Source of the DNA: Geotalea uraniireducens Rf4
Lineage (GTDB): Bacteria > Desulfobacterota > Desulfuromonadia > Geobacterales > Geobacteraceae
Direction: 5' to 3'
NCBI RefSeq assembly: GCF_000016745.1
Contig: NC_009483.1
Location: forward strand, 2,550,001 to 2,582,000
DNA length: 32,000 nt
Position 1 is the stretch's first letter; the number at the start of each line of letters is the position of its first letter. Below the pieces are notes generated by a model that saw nothing but the letters and a program-made list of their open reading frames with translations, was not told the DNA's origin and searched no databases. Position numbers and translations under genes: made by a program. Positions 27,532 to 32,000 of the stretch are shown here, in pieces.

Positions 27532-27750
27532 TTACGCCGCCTTTTTCGCCTTGGCTCTAGCGATCCGGACGAGTGACCGCAAGGCATCGTTCACCGATTT
27601 CGAATCGGGGAAAAAATCGGCGACATCCTTTTCAAGCAGGACCAGATTCGTCCCCTTCGCATACTCTCCCGCATATTTTCCTTTCACCCCCGTTTTCATT
27701 GCGGAGAGATCATATTCGGGACGCACATCATCATTACTCGTTTTCTTCAT
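27532..27750 (-). CDS. brnA: BrnA-type antitoxin
   Basis: 72 aa. MKK...RPEYDLSAMKTGVKGKYA...GTNLVLLEKDVADFFPDSKSVNDALRSL matches the antitoxin family usually paired with BrnT/DUF497. 17-nt overlap with the upstream toxin frame. Confidence 0.75.
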   Translation of the reverse strand: MKKTSNDDVRPEYDLSAMKTGVKGKYAGEYAKGTNLVLLEKDVADFFPDSKSVNDALRSLVRIARAKAKKAA

Positions 27751-28008
27751 AGTAGTTCCTCTCGGCGCGAGTCGCCTTTCTTGCAGAGATTATTCTGATA
27801 GCCCCGGCCCGGTCGGCATGTGCAAAGAGCAGCACCCGTCCTGCCTCCGACATGCCGATGGTAATGAACCGTTCCTCATCCTCAGAATGGTCAGGATCAG
27901 GAAATGTCAACGACAAGGGATCACCAAAAACAGAAGCAGCTTCAGCGAAGGAAACGCCGTGTTCTTCAGGTTGCTCACAGCCTTTCTCTTATCCCAGGCG
28001 AATTGCAT
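27734..28008 (-). pseudogene. brnT: BrnT (DUF497) toxin gene with a 1-nt frameshift
   Basis: The ATG at 28008 gives MQFAWDKRKAVSNLK, after which the frame derails. The remainder, (E)HGVSFAEAASVFGDPLSLTFPDPDHSEDEERFITIGMSEAGRVLLFAHADRAGAIRIISARKATRAERNYY, is in another frame. The junction AAGAACAC (about 27964) appears to lack one base relative to the expected K-K-H-G. Confidence 0.7.
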
Positions 28009-28093
28009 ATTACTAATAGTAAAGGCAATTCCAGCCTGTTGCAAGCTGTTTTCTCGCATGCGGATGATTGCGGCCGGGTACGGCCGTCAGTAA

Positions 28094-29704
28094 CTACCCT
28101 TTGACAGGTTTCATCCGCGGTTTACTCTTGGAGAGATCGAACTGTACCATGAAATAACCGTAATCGATATCCTCGCCGCTCCCGGAGGCATCCCGGAAAA
28201 ATCCGCCGGTAAAGAATCGGTCATAACCGACGAGGAAAGAGAGCCCCTCCGCCAGGTTGTAAGTCAGGGTAAAGTCGGTCTCCAGGCCGAGACGGCGGCT
28301 CAGGCCGTCCTCGACATTGTTGGCGAGGAAATAGCGGCCGGTGGCGGAGAAATTCAGATCCTTTGTCAGGTCCACTCCCCAGCCGAGGGTATAGATCTGC
28401 AGGCCGCTGGCATGATGGCCGTTGACGGTGACGCCGGACATGTCCCCGATGACGCTCATGTCCCCCACCAGCGCGTTGTCGTTGTTGGGAGTCCTGAATT
28501 CCCTGGCGACCGAGACGCCATTGGCCGCGTTGCTGCTCCCTGAGCCGTAGGCATAGCTCGCGAAGAACTTGTTGTTGTAGCCGGCCAGGACCGACTCTGC
28601 GGAGAGATCGAGATGGCCGCCGAAGGCGTCGATCCGATCATTGGCCTCCCGCGCGCTGTTGAAGGTCCGCCCCGACTGGTAGACCGGCTCGAATTCGACG
28701 GCGACCGGGCCTGCCTTCCCCGTAAACCTGGCCCCCCAGGTGGCGAGGTGTTCCCCGGCATGGTGGTCGGTCGAGCCGGAGTCGCGGAACGCATAGGCCT
28801 CGACGGCGTTCCCCTCGGAAAATGCATAGGTGGCGTAGGCTCCGGCCAGGTTACCCTCGATGCCACCGGAGAAGGGGGTGGCGTAGGCACCCACCAGGAG
28901 ATCGACGGTGAGCGGCTCGACCGGTCTTATCCGCAGCCTGGCCGCGTCGAACGAGAGGCCGTCATAGAACGAATCGGGGCCGAGGATGAAGGTGCTTCCG
29001 TAGCTGAATTCCTGGCGCCCCCCCTTCAGGGCGAACAGCTCGCTGCCGGGGAGTTTCGCCTCAACAAACCCCTGATACAAGGAGAACTTATTGTACTCCT
29101 GGTGGCTCCCGCCGGTGAAGCCGTACCCCTGCCCCTCCGCGTGGATATCCAGGTAGTCGGTCGGGTGCCAGTAGGCGTACGGCTTCACCCGGTAGAGGAA
29201 GCGCCCCTCGCCGTGGCCGGGGACGTAGCTGAAATCGGTCAGGGTGAAATTGCCGACCCCCTCGCCGCGCAGAAAGCCGTTGACCCCGACCTTGTATGCG
29301 AACTCCGGCACTTCCGGCTTGGCCAGCATCTTTTCGATCGCATCCCGCCGGAGCTGGTACCCTTCATACCGGGCCATCTCCTCCTTCAGCGCCTCGTGCA
29401 GGGTGGCAATCCGCTCCAGGTCCTCGGCGGGGACCGCCTCGCTCCCCTCCCTCTCGCACCTCTCCAGCGCCTTCTCCATCACCGCCAGCAACGACGCTGC
29501 CAGATCCTTTTTCTCAATTGACTCCCCTTCTGGGAGCTTTTTCAGGGCGCCGTACTTCGCGCCAAGCTCCGCGATCTCCTTCCAGGTCCAGTGCTCCCTG
29601 GGCACCTTTCCCAGGATGTCGTCGTGACTCTCGTGGGCAAGGGCGGCGCCGCACAGAAACGCGGAGAAGAGAAGTGAAAGGAAAAGAACCATAAACTTTT
29701 TCAT
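28094..29704 (-). CDS. Outer-membrane beta-barrel porin (alginate-export-like), with N-terminal helical region
   Basis: Signal peptide MKKFMVLFLSLLFSAFLCGAALA. The C-terminal roughly 400 aa show alternating aromatic/Gly beta-strand patterning. The family call is by resemblance only. Confidence 0.65.
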   Translation of the reverse strand: MKKFMVLFLSLLFSAFLCGAALAHESHDDILGKVPREHWTWKEIAELGAKYGALKKLPEGESIEKKDLAASLLAVMEKALERCEREGSEAVPAEDLERIATLHEALKEEMARYEGYQLRRDAIEKMLAKPEVPEFAYKVGVNGFLRGEGVGNFTLTDFSYVPGHGEGRFLYRVKPYAYWHPTDYLDIHAEGQGYGFTGGSHQEYNKFSLYQGFVEAKLPGSELFALKGGRQEFSYGSTFILGPDSFYDGLSFDAARLRIRPVEPLTVDLLVGAYATPFSGGIEGNLAGAYATYAFSEGNAVEAYAFRDSGSTDHHAGEHLATWGARFTGKAGPVAVEFEPVYQSGRTFNSAREANDRIDAFGGHLDLSAESVLAGYNNKFFASYAYGSGSSNAANGVSVAREFRTPNNDNALVGDMSVIGDMSGVTVNGHHASGLQIYTLGWGVDLTKDLNFSATGRYFLANNVEDGLSRRLGLETDFTLTYNLAEGLSFLVGYDRFFTGGFFRDASGSGEDIDYGYFMVQFDLSKSKPRMKPVKG

Positions 29705-29778
29705 AATTGTTACGACCTCCTGGCACTATGTAAGGTTGGTTTACTTTCTTATCGGCAAAATCAAGGTTAAATGAACCG

Positions 29779-29907
29779 TTACTTTTTATCGCAGCTCCCG
29801 CTGGAGCACCCTTGGCAGTGCCCCTTTTTCTTCCAGACGGAGCGATAGAGGAGATACGCCGCGCCTGCCAGGATTGCAGCTGCTATAATAATGTCTGAAG
29901 CTCCCAT
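29779..29907 (-). CDS. FeoB-associated Cys-rich membrane peptide (42 aa)
   Basis: MGASDIIIAAAILAGAAYLLYRSVWKKKGHCQGCSSGSCDKK: one TM helix, a basic patch and a CxxCxxxxC tail. GGGAGG Shine-Dalgarno sequence. It is too short for the ORF track. Confidence 0.65.
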   Translation of the reverse strand: MGASDIIIAAAILAGAAYLLYRSVWKKKGHCQGCSSGSCDKK

Positions 29908-29988
29908 GTCAACCTCCCAGCCCCAGGAGAGTTCCGCTGTGATATCCGCAAAGGCGTGGCATTGATATTCATTTTCACTGTATGGGCG

Positions 29989-30669
29989 TTAATAAGCGCC
30001 GTTACAGACCGCTACCTGGGGTACGGCTATTTTCAGGCAATTGATCGGGTCGTCGCACCGATTCAACTGGCAAGCCTTGCGGCTACGACACTGCCGATGG
30101 GCTTCGGCCAGACTCAGGCTCTCCCGCGGATCACCGAAAATTTTCCATGGCCCCTGCGATGAAAAAGGCAGCGGCGCCCACCCCATAAAGCCGATGACAT
30201 CCTTTAGCGGATAGCCAAGGAACACCCCTATTTCGTGGGGGAAATTTCCCTCTGTAAGCCGGGACTGCAACTGTGCCAGGGTTTTCTCCAGGTTGGCCGG
30301 CTCCGTGTACCCTGCTTTGCGTAGGATGATCGCCACACTTTTTCGGGCAAGCAACGCTGTTAATTCACTCCGGCGATACAGGAACAGAAGCACTGAATCG
30401 CCACGATCGACGAATTCGATCACCTCTAACCCGCTATCCTGAAGTAATGCTGCACCCTGTTTCTTCCAGAGCACGTACAGATTGCGCCCACAGGAACGAC
30501 GCTTATTGACAATATTTACCAGGTTTGCCGGCTTTACCCCTTCCAGCACCTCAGCCGTTTCAAGGGCAAGATATGAGGCTAGACAGTCCCTGTCATCGGG
30601 GAACCGTCGTGAAAAATCCTGCCACATCGGCCTGTGTCGGGTAATGGAACGGTCGGTGATGCTTTTCAT
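29989..30669 (-). CDS. DUF3793-family protein
   Basis: LEGVKPANLVNI...LFLYRRSELTALL...FPHEIGVFLGYPLKDVIGFMG matches my recollection of DUF3793. The start is uncertain: ATG at 30669 chosen; the ORF is open to a TTG at 30771. Confidence 0.65.
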   Translation of the reverse strand: MKSITDRSITRHRPMWQDFSRRFPDDRDCLASYLALETAEVLEGVKPANLVNIVNKRRSCGRNLYVLWKKQGAALLQDSGLEVIEFVDRGDSVLLFLYRRSELTALLARKSVAIILRKAGYTEPANLEKTLAQLQSRLTEGNFPHEIGVFLGYPLKDVIGFMGWAPLPFSSQGPWKIFGDPRESLSLAEAHRQCRSRKACQLNRCDDPINCLKIAVPQVAVCNGAY

Positions 30670-30797
30670 GGCAGGAGTTTCCCGATCTCTATTTGTGGTT
30701 CCCATTATTCCCCCGCCCAAAGTTCTGACCAGCATTTCACTGAAACGCCATGCTCCTGACAGCTCAGACAATCCCGCTGCACGCAGACGTTGAAATT

Positions 30798-30830
30798 GAT
30801 AATAGTTTTCGTTTGCATTATTGTCAATAA
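30798..30830. promoter_or_regulatory. Fur-box-like AT-rich imperfect palindrome
   Basis: GATAATAGTTTTCGTTTGCATTATTGTCAATAA contains GATAAT / ATTAT(T)GTCAA hexamer-type arms resembling the Fur consensus GATAATGATAATCATTATC. By eye about 12/19 positions match for the first 19 nt. Confidence 0.35.
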
Positions 30831-31139
30831 AATATTTGGAGAAATATTCAACTACGTTTTTTACAAATACTTTATGTATGTGTGAGGGGCTCGAAGAGGA
30901 TTATGCTGATATCCGCAGGCTGTACGGCGATGATTTTATCGGCGAGAGGGTTAGGCCGGATCTGGTGGCTCAAAAAACTACAGACAGTCCTTTGAGAGCG
31001 GCAGACACTTAAACGAGAAAGAATTGTCACCTCTGGAAGAGCAGGCTTGCTGACAGAAGGGACAGAAAACGCAAAAGGCCCCTGGCTTTTGTAGTCAGGG
31101 ACCCTTTGCTTATAAATACATGAAAATGATTTGTAAAAA

Positions 31140-31214
<75 letters not shown>

Positions 31215-31228
31215 TCAACGAGTTCTGT

Positions 31229-31257
31229 TTTATAGCAAAAGAGGCTTTGCTAGTCAA
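31229..31257 (-). promoter_or_regulatory. Sigma70 promoter for tRNA-Gly
   Basis: On the minus strand: TTGACT (31257-31252), 17-nt spacer, TATAAA (31234-31229), with an AT-rich UP-like tract upstream. The -10 ends 14 nt before the first tRNA base. Confidence 0.6.
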
Positions 31258-31295
31258 CAGTTTTTTTACAAAATTTATTTTTTTTGCTCAAGCGA

Positions 31296-31448
31296 TCATT
31301 TTTTGCGTAACTGCTCCCCCTCTCCTTCCGCCACAACAAGGCCGTCTCTGAGGACTATCGTCCTATCGGTATAGACGCAATTCTCCGGGTTGTGGGTCAC
31401 CATGACAACGGTCCGGCCGCCACTGTTCAACTCCTTGAAATGAGCCAT
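31296..31448 (-). pseudogene. C-terminal remnant of an ABC-transporter ATPase (MacB/LolD-like)
   Basis: The minus strand reads ...VMAHFKELNSGGRTVVMVTHNPENCVYTDRTIVLRDGLVVAEGEGEQLRKK-stop, i.e. only the H-loop end of an ABC ATPase. No Walker A/B or signature motif lies upstream. Confidence 0.6.
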
Positions 31449-31560
31449 TACTGGATTTATGTGTGATCGTGGGTGAAAAATGTGGTCGATTGTTGAAAAG
31501 ATACGAAGATTGGCCGGGACATCGTTGGCCCGACCAGAACGGAAGAAAGAAGCGTTATTT

Positions 31561-31926
31561 TTATTTTACAGGCTGAATGAGGCAGGATGCGGTATCTTTT
31601 TTGGCAATGTCACCGACCTTGACTGCACCCTTGACGATTTCCGCATCGAAATAATGTTCTCCTGCATAACCGATGACTTTAACCTGGCCGACTTCTCTGG
31701 ATTTCACACTGCTCCCACCCATGGTTTCACGGTAAACCGGGATCACATCATTGATGCAGATTTCCTTTTTTACGTCCGCAGTGCCGCTATGGAATAGATG
31801 CACCTTGCTGCCGACCTTCATAACCACTTCACCTTTTGTCTTCGCTTCCTTGGCGACGGCAACCGGCGGCAAGGACAACATGACGGCCAGCGTCAGCAAA
31901 CCAATAATCCTTACGATTACATTCAT
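31561..31926 (-). CDS. Small secreted protein, unknown function
   Basis: Start placed at the ATG at 31926 (AAAGGAGAA Shine-Dalgarno sequence). Signal peptide MNVIVRIIGLLTLAVMLSLPPVAVA. 121 aa. Confidence 0.6.
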   Translation of the reverse strand: MNVIVRIIGLLTLAVMLSLPPVAVAKEAKTKGEVVMKVGSKVHLFHSGTADVKKEICINDVIPVYRETMGGSSVKSREVGQVKVIGYAGEHYFDAEIVKGAVKVGDIAKKDTASCLIQPVK

Positions 31927-32000
31927 GTTCGTTCTCCTTTCAGTTATGATTTCAATTGCAATATACCTTATTTCGCCACCACCTCCCGGTTCCAAACTGG

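Noticed and set aside
28613-29521. 302-aa plus-strand ORF opposite the porin gene
   Set aside because: It is a shadow ORF of a GC-rich gene. The minus-strand product has a signal peptide and beta-barrel patterning.

Overview
This window looks like Geobacter-type (Desulfuromonadales) chromosome. From memory, the icd-mdh-korD-korA order followed by aspS matches Geobacter sulfurreducens. The left 19 kb is GC-rich core: TCA-cycle genes, aspS, a GntR-controlled lactate/glycolate cluster (lctP-glcD-glcF), an IS3-family element beside a decayed surface-protein gene, sppA, a Tat-exported superoxide-reductase-like protein and an EamA transporter. From about 19.8 to 27.0 kb the sequence becomes visibly AT-richer and carries one tightly packed nine-gene minus-strand operon. 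Its core is a recognisable type II CBASS: CD-NTase, Cap2 (E2/E1), Cap3 (JAMM) and Cap5 (HNH-SAVED). Three parts of the operon are not standard and are the main finding. (i) Upstream and co-oriented sits an MqsR-like toxin, an MqsA-like zinc-ribbon protein with two HTH domains, and an ImmA/IrrE metallopeptidase. (ii) An 84-aa lysine-rich two-repeat protein lies directly before the CD-NTase. (iii) An 89-aa protein of unknown function is coupled after Cap5. The operon promoter has a perfect TTGACA -35 and three copies of the 11-mer ACACCAATTGG, a palindromic operator. These lie in the spacer, at the predicted transcription start and on the start codon. To the right lie a brnTA pair with a frameshifted toxin, a DUF3793 / Cys-rich peptide / beta-barrel porin operon with a Fur-box-like site, tRNA-Gly(GCC), an ABC-ATPase gene remnant and a small secreted protein. 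All functional calls come from motif recognition by eye; no database search was run.
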